DNA of 57,250 nt, filler included, from Platydemus manokwari (taxonomy: Eukaryota), in assembly GCA_037951405.1 (NCBI GenBank). It is 5 parts of 5 records of this genome, joined end to end, with 100 filler letters (N's around TTAATTAATTAA, not from the genome) between each part and the next. Parts side by side here need not be neighbours in the genome. Positions count along the whole stretch, not along the records: positions 1 to 10,038 come from JBBMOY011175878.1; positions 10,139 to 27,841 come from JBBMOY010899976.1; 3 more parts are not named here. One strand, written 5' to 3'. Below the pieces are notes generated by a model. The model was given only the letters and a program-made list of their open reading frames with translations. It did no database searches and was not told the origin of the DNA. The position numbers and the translations under genes are program-made. Below are positions 1 to 13,100 of this stretch, one piece after another. Numbering within the stretch: position 1 is the stretch's first letter; each line of letters opens with the position of its first letter.

Positions 1-1255
1 GGAAATGTTGTAACTTCCGATGGACATTACTTTGGATAACAGAATTGTACAAGATTTTCTTTAATAAACACTCAATTATTCTAAAAAAATGCTGGTTTTT
101 AAGTTATAGACCCAATACATTCAATTAAAATGTATAGGAACAGTTACTTTAATTACTTGTATGAATGAGAATATGATTGCAATATCTCAAAATTATTACC
201 AGATTGTCGGGAATCAGTTAGTTTGGACAAAATGAATATGATGAATTGTATTGGATTAAATAAATAAACTTTTCAACTAAAAAACGCGATAAACTTTAAA
301 TACAAAATATTATATGAAAACAATGATAATTGAGATTTCGTGTTATTTGTGATGATTAATATTTATTAGAGGATCTCGATCTCTCATTCAATTCAATCAC
401 ATTATTATCCACATACTCCAAAACAATAAATTATTAAATTATATTATCATTGGTCTTCCTTTTAAGATCATAATAATTGTTGAAGCTTTTGTTTTAAATC
501 CATTCTCAATGATTATCTGAATTCATTCTATTTACATCATTTTGACTTTCTATTTGTATTTTTTCAATTCAACGATTGAATCTCATAGTATTACTCATGT
601 TCATGAATTGCTTTTAACTGTATTTTCATTTCGGAATTCTAAACTGCAAACTTTCGAAAATTTCAAGTCACTATTTGGATTGTTCCTTGTATACACAACA
701 ACCACTTTGTAAAGTATTTGTTTAGCTGATGTTATATTTTATACTCTAATCTGGGAAATTAGCAATGAAAAATCTAGAAATATAATCGATTAAAAGTGTA
801 ATTTAATGACAGATATCAAGAAAGACATCGATGGTTATTACAGAATAAATATTAAATCAATTTTGTGACTTTTCAGTTCGGTTTCGATGTGTGCTTTATT
901 AAATAAATACGGCTTAAATCCATAAGGAGTTTTTAGAAAATGATTTCAATCTCATAGAAAAATTAAAAATTAATTTTTAAAACAAATTTTACAAAATTTT
1001 AAAAAATAAAAATTAGTCAATCACATAATTTTTAAATTTGAAAAATAAGTTAAAAATTTTATTAAAAGAATCAGAATCACATTTGATAAGACTAAATATC
1101 ACAATGACAAGTAAGCTTAAAATATTTACTGTTGGATAATAAGTGCAGCAAGTAAAATGATCGATATATGTTGTACAATAGAATGAGGCTATACACATAT
1201 AGATAAAAGAATTTTCGATAAAAATAATTATAAAAATAATATAAAACTGTTAGAT

Positions 1256-2740
1256 TTAAGATTCATATAATCTAATATTTACAGTCTTAGAAGAATTTTC
1301 CTTCTTTTGACAGCAACAGTGATTCTTCAAATAAAAATAAAACAATTGTGTCATTTCAAATAATCCAACAATGCTCATTCCCAACCACAATCCCATCAAA
1401 CCTCCAACATCCGACAATAATTGTGAGAAATTATAAGCATATTCCTCTTTATAAAAATCAGAATATTTTCTTGGTCTTGTCAAAATGATCTCCATCACAT
1501 TATTGTTCATTATATTCAGGAAATCTTTGTTATTCGGATCTTCTGGATAAAGTATTGAATAGAATTTCTGAATATCCATTAAACCAAAACTGTTTATCAG
1601 ATCAGATTTCTCAACATACCTGTGCCTCTGCAAATCAATTTCATAAGTCATGAAGTCACATTTCATTGGATTATACTTGTTGCATAGATCTTTAAAATGA
1701 ATAAAATATGCTACGTTTGAAGAAAATTTCATTGTGCACTTGTTGTTCGTCTCAATGTCTTGAAACGACATTGCTGAATGATTTAAACATAACTTCGGGT
1801 ATTCGTTTTCATGTGCTATAATTGGATAACGGGACAAGTAACAACGACATTCTTTTAATGCAAGTTTTTGCAACTCGACTTTAAAACAATCTTGAAAATT
1901 GCCTTCATAACTTCTTGTCTTCTGCAAAAATATATCATAGAGTTCAGCCGTAAATATTTCATTTCTACATGGTCTTCTCTCACCAGTATAATGATATCTA
2001 GATTGATATATATCCAATACATGTTTGTGTCCTGGAGACAGAATTATTGGTTTCCTGTGGAATGTTTCATTTTCATTACTGATGTATAAATATATCGATC
2101 TGGGATTATAATCGGTGTTGTATAATTTATAACTTTCATGATCCAACTTGAGAATCATTTTAATATATCTGATATTATTATTCTTATTTGATGTGTCCTT
2201 CTTTATTTGTAAAACATGACAGGGGATATTGAATCCAATCGAAACAAATTTATTTGATATTGTAGCTGATGATGATAGCAATGGTTCTAACAATTCAATT
2301 TTATAATATTCATCAAAATAATGCTTTGCGGAATCCTTTCGAATCTGAAAATGTTTGACGTGATCTGTAAAACTGAAATTCATTTTCTGCATATCAACAC
2401 TGGCCATCAATACTTCATTTAGTGAATAAACTTCCAGATCTTTATATTTGTCTTTAAGCTTCATCCAGATCGCATGTTGAGAAGAGTTGATTTTTAAATA
2501 AAATGGAGCTGATGGATTGCAAAATGTTAGTTCAGGCCAAACAAATGGTTCATATTCCAATTCATAAGTCATTGTAAGTGGATAACTTAAATATTTCATT
2601 GTCACGATGATAGCGTTATAAAGAATGCCAAAAATACCACAAACGAGTAATGTCATCCATATAGTTTTATAAACTCTATTTTTCGTTGAATAGATATGAG
2701 TGACACCGTGAATGGTACTGTTTTGTAAAAGAGTGTTCAT
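1256..2740 (-). CDS. DEG/ENaC (amiloride-sensitive sodium channel) family subunit, FaNaC/ASIC-like, single exon, 494 aa
   Basis: N-terminal HG gating motif (NSTIHG), hydrophobic TM1, post-TM1 WPELTFCN (FPxxTxCN motif), Cys-rich ectodomain (DCF..ECRC..LC..KC..C..KC), and TM2 YNFSQLLSDVGGLMGLWLGMSIVGLFE with GxS selectivity filter. Confidence 0.95.
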   Translation of the reverse strand: MNTLLQNSTIHGVTHIYSTKNRVYKTIWMTLLVCGIFGILYNAIIVTMKYLSYPLTMTYELEYEPFVWPELTFCNPSAPFYLKINSSQHAIWMKLKDKYKDLEVYSLNEVLMASVDMQKMNFSFTDHVKHFQIRKDSAKHYFDEYYKIELLEPLLSSSATISNKFVSIGFNIPCHVLQIKKDTSNKNNNIRYIKMILKLDHESYKLYNTDYNPRSIYLYISNENETFHRKPIILSPGHKHVLDIYQSRYHYTGERRPCRNEIFTAELYDIFLQKTRSYEGNFQDCFKVELQKLALKECRCYLSRYPIIAHENEYPKLCLNHSAMSFQDIETNNKCTMKFSSNVAYFIHFKDLCNKYNPMKCDFMTYEIDLQRHRYVEKSDLINSFGLMDIQKFYSILYPEDPNNKDFLNIMNNNVMEIILTRPRKYSDFYKEEYAYNFSQLLSDVGGLMGLWLGMSIVGLFEMTQLFYFYLKNHCCCQKKENSSKTVNIRLYES

Positions 2741-5700
2741 AAGTAATTATTGCAATGATAAGTTCCATGGATAAATATAAATAAATAATTTGATATCCAA
2801 TAAGAATTCGTCCAATCAGAATAAAATGAGGATAAATAAAAATGAAAGATCATAAAATCTATTTTGTTGTTATATTATATCGAGATTGAAAATTGAAGAG
2901 AAATTTAAACATATCCGGCTTACAAATTAAAAAAATATTCAGTAATAAAGTAAAGCATTGTACATAATCACCCATTAATTAATTAGAATAATATTACTAT
3001 GGCACTATTAGATTGGGAGAGCACATTTTGTTAAAAGGAAGTTTAATTTAATTTTCATGATGTTTGACCTTATATAAAACTCAATATCAAATCTTAAGAT
3101 GTTTAATAAATAAATAAACAGGCTTTAGTAAATAACTATTTATCCAATCAGAATACAGAATATCACTTTCAATGAATACAGTGAATATCAATTAATCATT
3201 GTGAATCATTTATTAATATTGATTGAAAAATAGTAAAAAAAATATAAATGCGACAAATTATCAACAAAAATTAAATAAAAACTGATTAATAAAAGTCATT
3301 ATTGTCTCTTTTGATTTATCAGATTTCTACTTATTTATCATTAACAAACATCGAAAAAATAAATTGATTTATAATTATTGATAAATGATATCATTACGAT
3401 GTTATTGTAAGGAGACTTGAAGCAATCATTTAAACATTATATTTGATAATAATATTCGTTACATTGCAATATAACTCAAAAATCAATATTCAGATACAAT
3501 TTATTTCATCACAATCAATATCACTTAATAATTTATTATTATAATCCAGATATAAATGATAACATTTTGATTGAATTTTTATTTTACGTAAAGATTAATA
3601 ATGAATGTCGATGAATTTTTCATTATTCTTGTAAAACTATAAACGTTACATATGAAATTCTATTGGCATTGCCTCCATGTTCTGATAATTCTCGCTATAT
3701 TCGATGAAATATAGTACTAATATATGATCTTGTGAGTGTTTTGGTTTGTATAGTTTGAGAACTAAAGGAATAATTGCTTTTCTGTTATAAGCTTTTAACA
3801 AAAATCGATGCAATTCCTTAAAACCACTAATTTCGGATTTGATAGCAAAATTCGGAAGATGATTAAAGACATAATAGGTGAATTAAATTATTATATTCAA
3901 AATGTATCAGTTTATAGGTGGATTAATATAGAGTATTTAATAATACTATTCATCTGAGGACGAGATCACGTACGAATAGCTACTGTAAAATCAATATATC
4001 CTTATTTATCTCGCATATTCTTTCTATTTATCGAGCCGAGCTCGGAAAAAACTCTGAAGAAACGGACACTGACCCAATAGCACGAAGGGTAACCGTTTTG
4101 TCCAACATCTGCTTCCATTGAATTTTAATATCGAATTAGTCCAGCGTTTGAGTGTATATAAGTAGCATCAAAATTCATTGTATATTGTAATCATTGTAAT
4201 AATTGCACAGTAAAAGTAGTAATTTATAGCCCAATAAATGTATAAAAGTAGTACTTGGTGTATAATTGTGATCATAATAAAAATTCATAACCCAAAATCG
4301 AATTGACTTATTGAATTGTTAATTGATATAAGGTATCATAAATTCATATAGTTGAACATCAGTATCATTCATCACCGATTTAAAAATAATTTTGTTGAGA
4401 GAATAAAATAGAGACTGATAAAACGAATGAGGAACGAGTGAGAAAAGTAGTATTAAAATCAGAAAGATGAAGTTAAAATACAAAAATCGATTTCTACGCA
4501 GATCCACTTATCGTCATATAATAAGTGATCGTCGATAAAAAAATAATCAAAATCATAAGGTTTGACTGCTACATGAGGGTCAATAACGGACTCAGAGCAC
4601 TGATTAAGTCGTGTAACCAATTCAATTAAAACAAACAAATAATAAACCAAAAGAGAGTGACCCCAAAACGCTTCAGGTTAATGAATCTATCATTAACTTT
4701 TTATTTATAAAGGAGTTTATGAAAAAGAATTATTGATTGGTTTATTTTTTAGATATTTAATAATGAATAATATATTAAAGCTGTCTTACTTATTGTAAAC
4801 AACTAGAGGTGCACAAAAGATTTTTAAAAATTTAAAACAATTTCATAACAAAATATCTAAGAAAATGATTTTTGACAAAAGTAAACGTCAAGTATTTGAT
4901 GATGCAATTGATTTTTACTAAATAAATCGTACATAAAAGAAAAAAGATTACAAAAAACTGGCGATTAAATTATATTGCGTTATTTAAACAAAATTAAAAT
5001 AAAAATCATTTAATTTTATCTAATAAAATTAACTCATATTTTTCGCGTATATTATTTGCACCGAATAAATTTGACCTTAATCAATATTTTATAAAATAAA
5101 TCATATTTTAAATCACCAGTTAATAATTTGATACAAATCAAATAATGTATGAAATGTGCGAACAAGGAATTCGAGAATAATTTTCATCAGTAATGAGTGC
5201 AAAATATGTTATGTAAATAATAAATGTATTAATGATAATACAGAACATTTTATAACCCAGAAAGAAATCACATGAAAGGTAACAGAAGAATTCGAATGAA
5301 GTTTTCTAAATATCAAAAAATATTTAGAAAGAATTATTTATTGTTTACGGATGCTCATATTTTATATGAATGAACCACCACTATGAGAATTTCCGATTAA
5401 ATAGTGAATCACCATCTTATTATAAGAATTATTTAGATCATTGTTTCATTATATTGTTTAATATTATTATTACATTTTTATTTATTTATTATATAATATG
5501 AGGTTTTTGAATATTTAATGAAGATTTATAAATGTTATAGATTAATGTTTCATTTCTTAAAAACTATTTTGATTAGATGAATATTTAAAATTAAGATTTA
5601 ATATTACTATTATTATTGTTATTATTATCATTATTATTATCAAACTATAAAGGAATTTCTATAAGTTGCAATATGAACTCATAAAGTCTATTAAGACTTT

Positions 5701-7899
5701 CGGGGTGTAGAAAGTTTTCAAACAAAAATATTTTAATACAATGATCTTATCTCTACATATATGAACTTAAAAATAGAAAAAATTTGAGACCAAGTAATAT
5801 ACATTAACCAATTTTCATTTAGATGTTAACATTTAAATTATACATTTAAATGAAATTAGTTCATAAATATATTTAGCTCATGAACAATTTAAAACCATAA
5901 TTTCAAATATATTCTACTTCAGCAATTGAATATTTTTTACGTTTTTTTGAAATTTCATATATGAACTAAAAAATTATTAGATGATTAGTTAATAAATAAA
6001 TAAGGTTATAAAATTTAATATTTACATTATTGTTTATAACAATTAGTTAATTAAATTTATAAATAGATTTTAAATTGTAAGAAAATATTTTAATGTGATT
6101 TTTAATGTAATTTAAAATATTTTTCATTTTGTAAACATATTATATATTTATGAAAATAGTCATTTTAGAGGTCAAGTTTGAATAATTTATATTCATTTAC
6201 CTTTTGGATGTAAACAGGGGTATTATGAAGAAACTGAGAAAAACTGCTATTCATAAAAGTTCTCCGTTATTCCAGTGAACAAAGTAAATGCTTAACGATT
6301 CTAGGAAATCATTTTTACTGAACATTCTCTTAAATTTCTATTTAAACTAAATTTTTGTGGAGGCTAGTCTTATTAATTAGCGGTGGTAATTATGTCATCG
6401 GATTTGTTAGGCTTAGATAATTTATTTTCATTGCTGTAGATCGTACCGAAATATCTGATAATCACTGATTGAGTTCTCTCATTTTCTCTAGCAATTATTC
6501 AGTGAGTCCGACTTACAGTATTTCATGTTTATTCATTTTATATTAGACATCTTAGGACAAAGGATTACAACTGTTTATTACCAGTCAGCAAGAAATACAT
6601 CAATCTAGCCAGATGAAATGATAAACGTGATCTGATTGGGTCAGAGAAAGATCGACATCCTCAAATAAATATCAACTGTCAGAGATATCAACTGATTTTA
6701 ATAATCAATATTTTATCATTGATTTTATTTGATATTCTGTGTAAAGTTTTTGGTTTGAAAAGCTTATTGATTAAAGGTTGTCCCAGATTATCAAAAATAA
6801 TTGATTTTTATTGCGTTACATTGGAGTGAATCAGCAAATCAATAATTTTGTAACTCGCTTAGTAACTCATTTTCAATTCAAACAAATTCTGTTTTAGTGA
6901 AGCCATTTTGTATTGCATAACATGTTATTGTGGTGTTTATCGACCCAGTTTCACTCAGTGTTGATTAAAATCTGAATGAGATATTTAATGATGAATCTTT
7001 ATCTGTGGTACAATAGTGGGTCTTGTTTGTATTTTCTAAAAGTTTGTATATTCTAAATAATAACCATCTGTTTCGTCCGTCTGACGGATTCACATGTTAA
7101 TCGCTCATGCGAGGTACGGGTTATTGTGTAAAATTTTTGGTGTTCGTTTTAATGTTAATTGTTATCTATTTCGTAATCAATAAATATTTTGAATCACAAG
7201 TTTTCGTTAGTTTATCCTTTAGTTTAAATGGTAATAAATCTAGTCGAAGGGGATAATTTTTCAATCTATTATAATAATAATAAACTTGATACTGTTCGGG
7301 ATTTATGATTTGTTCATCATTTCAGGCTCAGAGAAACATAAGTTCCTCTGAGCACGGATTTTCAATATAAATTCATAAATTTAACACTAATTCGGTCTTC
7401 ATACCAGTTACTGAAGCCCCTTGGAACCAGTAATATTTGAAATAAATCGACAACTCAATAAAATATTTATTAAGTTTAATTATCACAACATTAACAATAA
7501 AATTATCATCTTCAGTATCAATTCAACACCTTTTGGTAAAGTGAAATTGAGGAAGTTAGGATTTAAAAGTTTACTAAATAAATATAAGATCAATAAAGCA
7601 GTGTTTCGAGACACTTATCCGTCTTTATGAGGCGAAAGAAAATAAAAATATTAAGTTTATGATTACCTGTGAGTCATTAGAACTTTAGAGTACTGATTGG
7701 GCTCTGACATTGCAAAAGGATGTTAATAATAGTCGTAATAATAAAAAACAAAATTAAAACAAAGATCCCTAAAATTATGATAAAATAATAATTACTTCGT
7801 TTCGCAATTTTTCTGAAATCTTTCTTTTGATTCTTTTTACTTTTGCACACCAATGTTATTTAAAGTTGTCCATATCCGTTGCTTATTTTATTAAACTGA

Positions 7900-9000
7900 T
7901 CTCAAACGGGAATAGACTTAAACATTCCTTTTATCAAATATTTTCACACAACATATAAGTACTTCTGAAAGTAGAATGAATAGATATTGATAAAAATTTC
8001 CTTGACAATTTCAAAATTTTTCACTATTTCACTGAAATTCAACATCTCTAATTTTAAAATATCACTCACCTGTACTATCATCTCGGCAAAATTTTTTTTC
8101 ACAATGCATTTTTTTCATTTTCAAAACAACATTGTTTTCTGGCACAATGCCATAAATCATCATGTACTCACTATTACTCAAAAACTAATAAAAACGTAAG
8201 TGGAGCATCTGCTCCTACTATCTGATCTGTAATATCTCGAAGTCTCAGAAATGAATTTTGCTCTACTTTAATCAAATTTCCTTCCCAATTTTCAAAAAAA
8301 AATCAAAAATTTCTGTCATTACTTTCACGAATCTTGAATTAATTGCCCTACTTCTTTAAAGCTAAAACGGCATCAATGAACATAATTCATTTTCATTTCC
8401 ATATTAATTTATAAGTTTACAGCTATTAGTCACCGTATTCTAAACTGTTGTCGAGAGGTCATCCAACACATTACACAATTCTCCAATTTTATTATCCAAT
8501 GCTTCAATTTTTCAACACCATTGTCATCATTAATATTCTCATACCTGCTACAACTTGTCTTTCATGATCGATATTTCTTATTCCCACTGAACTTCACGTT
8601 GAGATTGTGTGAAATTGACTCTGGATTGATCGTCTTGAAATCTTATCTTTCTTTTTTGGAGAGGATTGTTTAAATACGTTTGTGTTTATTGGGTATGGTC
8701 AAAGAAATGCCCGAAATTACCACATGAGAAGCATTTAATGCGGCTCTGAGTGTTAACAGTGTCTAGTTACTGATTTTGTGAAGCATTGTCGATTGTACCT
8801 ATCTACCTTTTCGTCAAATGTAATTTTGCATTGATTGGCATAATCTAAAATTCAACAAAGTGCTCCATAAATCCATATAATCAACAGCATGAACCTTGGG
8901 TTCCTGCTGGCAGTTGATCATCTTTACATTAGTATTTGTACATAATTATTAAAGCATATTTTTCTGTAATTACATCATAATTATAATAATCATTACCATG
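7900..9000 (-). mobile_element. Highly decayed Ty3/Gypsy gag-pol remnant (boundaries approximate)
   Basis: Minus strand about 8695-8748 translates QSRIKCFSCGNFGHFFDH (CX2CX4H zinc knuckle). About 8140-8170 gives VHDDLWHC, resembling the integrase zinc-finger histidines. Many stops and frameshifts. Confidence 0.55.
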
Positions 9001-10038
9001 TGCTTTCCAAAATCTTATTCATCATCATTTTCATTTATAAATCAAATATTTTTTGTAAAATCTCGATTGTTTAAATAATCTTTTACACCGCTACGTTGAT
9101 AACAAAAATATTTTAAAATTTGCCCAAAAATAATTTCAAAAAATCGATAATAAAATATTAGATTCAAGAAAACAATAAAAATGTTATTTCAATAATAATC
9201 GATTAGTGTGTCAAATATTTAAAAAATCAATCGATTAGTGATTCATAATTAAAAAATTATGATGAAAATTGACAAATAATTTCGTTGATAGTTTGTTGAC
9301 ATGTTAACCGATGTCAATATGTGATTAGCTGTGCATCAATGACACAATCAATATTGATAGAAATCACATTCTTCGTTTTGATTGGATAGACTGACATCAG
9401 TAAAAAATTCAATTTATATCTATCAGCAAATCATATTGGATGAATTCCTTTGTGTAATGGTGTCATTAATTGTTGTCACTGATGTTCTGTAACAAAAAAT
9501 AACTCAATAATTTGATTAAATTTATGTTTTTTGAACAAATCAAAAGTTTGTACACGTCACACTTGTATATAATATAAAAACTATAAAATAAATTATATTC
9601 GAGTTACCCAATTAAATATGCGTAATTTAATTCACCAAAAAGTATTATGTGATGTTTTTTGTAAAAAAACGATAATTTCAATTTCGGAATCTTACAAATT
9701 ATCGTGGTTCCGTTACCTCATTATTATGATGGAGATATGAAATGGAAGCATTTTTTATTTTGAAGTAATTTTCTTCAGTTGTAACTTGCATTAACAGTGA
9801 TGTAATATGTCGTTATTTCACATTAATGATGTAATACTTCAATAGTTATTCACTTGAGCTTATCATTTCTATTAAACGTTTCCACATTATTAGATATAAT
9901 AGTGTCTGTGCTTGCTTCATGATAACCGTGAATTTCTTCTTATCTTTTGTGTAATATACGAAGATCACCATTTAACGTTACTGTCCTGAAATCATATATA
10001 ACACCTTGCGTCATTAGAAACTGATATTGGCCAGGTAC

Positions 10039-10138
10039 NNNNNNNNNNNNNNNNNNNNNNNNNNNNNNNNNNNNNNNNNNNNTTAATTAATTAANNNNNN
10101 NNNNNNNNNNNNNNNNNNNNNNNNNNNNNNNNNNNNNN
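10039..10138. other. Scaffolding gap: 44 N + TTAATTAATTAA + 44 N
   Basis: The same 100-bp spacer occurs four times in the window. The 12-mer is a palindrome with stops in all six frames. Confidence 0.95.
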
Positions 10139-13100
10139 AATAATTATTATTATTTTTAATATATTATTTTTTTTATTATTATTATTATATTATTGTTGTT
10201 GTTATTAATAATATTAATAATAATAATCATTATTATTCTCATCATTATTATTATTGTTATTATTGCTATTGCTATTATTATTATTTATGTGCAAACCTTC
10301 TTGACATTATTTTAAATTCATTTGCTGCATACCAATCTGTTTTTCTTTGTTTTAATTTTTAAACGGTTTCTAGTTATAAATCGATTTATTACAGACATGA
10401 TATTTTCTTCTTATTACTGATTTTCCTGGAAAAATATGAATTTGTTACATTTGTTTTGAAAAAGTTCCCATTTTATTTAATAAATTTATTATAAAAATTG
10501 CCTCAAAATTGACAGTTTATTTATAGTTCAGAATCCACCATGTGATCATTAAATGCTGAGATTGATTAAGCTCCCATTTTACCGATAATTAGCGATAATA
10601 TTTTTAAATACCATTTTGTTTTGGAGATACAAATTATATGATATCATTATACGATTGTTGATGCTCATTTACAAACGCGAATTAATCAAATACTATGAAA
10701 ATAATTGTAAAATAATACAGTTTTGGAAATAACTTTTCGACATTTAAAACAACGGTTTCGTTTGGACGAATGATATAAAAGTAATTCTTTATGATGGACA
10801 AACTAAACTGTCTTGAACGTGGAATAATCATATTATTTGAAATGAATCGAGCTATTTAAAGTTAGATGTTTGATATGCCGTATATTAACAATATCTAAAT
10901 ACTCGACTTTATTTCTTTTAATTGTTATCTAACTCTGATTGACTAGATGTGTCGGTTTTCACGTTCGGAAAAATGTTTTAAATCGGTTCATAAATATGCG
11001 ATTCCAGAAACATTTGCTAATCCTTAAGCCTCACTTAATGTAAAATTTATAAACTCCAAAACTCTGCCTCTAAAAACAATAGTATAATATTTCTTACCGG
11101 TAAAACAATCTTTATATTCCTGGAAATTCATCTAATTTTTTAATAATAATATTTTTCGTTTATAATTATTTGAATATTCCATTGTAAAAAGAAACTTAAA
11201 TCACCAATGATAATTTATCCAACAATGTAATCGTATTCATACAAATACATTCAGCAGAAAACATTCCAGATGTGCTCCTTGATTTACGACTGCATTAGGA
11301 GGCTGGATAAAATAATTTGTCTTTTAAACGACGCGCTAACCTCATTTAATGAAATTATTGGCTTGTTTCAATAAGTATTTTCTTTTGTCTTGTTTTATAT
11401 TAGCTTCCGATGATCATTTACAAATTATTTATTCATACATCGTCATGGAATATTTTCTAGTGGAATATTTTCGATAAAATGATTGGTACATTAATTAAGT
11501 GACTAATAGTGATTGATTGATTGATGGAACCAGTGACATTCTCAATGGAAAGTCAGTCAACTGACCAATGTTTTCATAATGTTTTCTGAATTCAATATTT
11601 TACAATTCATTCCAAGGTGCATTCAAACATTCTTTGTTTTGTTTTGATTTGTCAAAATGAAAAGACATTATAAATCGATTTATCATACAGTTATGGACAT
11701 CAATTAAAACAATAAAAACATGTCATAACATCAAATTAGATTGTATTATTATTTAGATTTAATGAATTTTTTTGGTTAACATTTGGTGAGAAATATAAAC
11801 AAAAAACCATTTGCATTGTCGATTTTTATATACAAGCTTTAAAAGGAAAATCGATATGACATTTATAATATTAAATACGAGTATCACATGTGATGATTAT
11901 GAAAATGAAATCATAATAATAATGATATAAATAAAATACCTTAATTTTCACATTAAAAAATCTATTGGAAATCGAATTTGTCAAACGAAAATCTGTTGTA
12001 CCGGAAGCTGTGTCTGTCTTGGAATCGATAAATTTATCGAATCATTTTTCCATATTTTACTAAAATTATATTATATGTACTATCATTGTTTATTTTAATC
12101 AATTTATTTACACAAAACAATTGTGTAGAAACAATATCGATTGAAATCATTTATCACGCATTTATTGATGATAAATTCATTGGTCTCTTTGCTTGTGTTG
12201 GCATAAATAGATGAGGATATTTTCAAATCAATTTCATTTCACATGAATTTTGATATATTCGTATTTTCAGGACTGGAAGGCACGCCCTAACAATGAGTTG
12301 ACTAATTAATATATTAAATTAAGTTAATAATCTGTATAGCAAGATTTAATACTCTTCATCATGTAAAATGTCACATTCGCTTACATCACCATCATTTTTT
12401 TTAAATATTCCACTCTTAATAAATCCTAAAAATCTGTTTTTGTCCGGAAAATACGGTACTGGTTTAAACACCCACACGGTTTTCAAAATGAAAAATTACA
12501 CTTACTCAATAAGTTGGCTCTGATTGGTACAATAGATACTATGGGTTCATTAGTCAAGTAATAAGTGATGGCAAGATAGTCGTGGCTTTTAATGTACCAG
12601 TCACCCAATTAAGGAATGAGCGATTCTCGAATCTAATTGATAATATCGAGTAGAATACTCTACGAAACTGGTCCGTAATAATGATCTAAAATTTTATCAA
12701 TAAAAATCATCATGACCTTTAAATCTGTGTCAACTCTTGGAGCTTGTAGCATATGTTGACCTATAAAATATTTAATTTGAGCAATGGAAAATCGATAAAA
12801 AGTTTAATGAATTCCGATATTTCGTATCATTTCCTTTGTTTTTTTATTGGTATTGGCTTGAAAACTATTTATTATTTCATTTCATTTCATATTCAGGTTG
12901 TCATGACCTACATTATAATGTATTCTCATTCGGTTGATGAAATTGCATTGAGAGAAGATATTCTGTAAACATAGTACACGAGTATCACATTAGGATAATT
13001 TCCGGTGCACCTTGTCATGTTACGAATGATATTTTTATTAAAATTGTCCATTAATAAATTGAAAAATATATATATTCACTAATATAGTAAGGGATATTTT

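Noticed and set aside
4050-4110. Possible hammerhead ribozyme (CTGAAGA followed by an AACGG/CCGTT stem)
   Set aside because: The required GAAA after stem II is missing and stems I and III cannot be formed.
3950-7640. LTR-like stretches at about 3950-4680 and 6940-7640, with small hairpins such as GCTCAGAG...CTCTGAGC
   Set aside because: I could not define TG...CA ends, a TSD, a PBS or a paired LTR, so they were not called.
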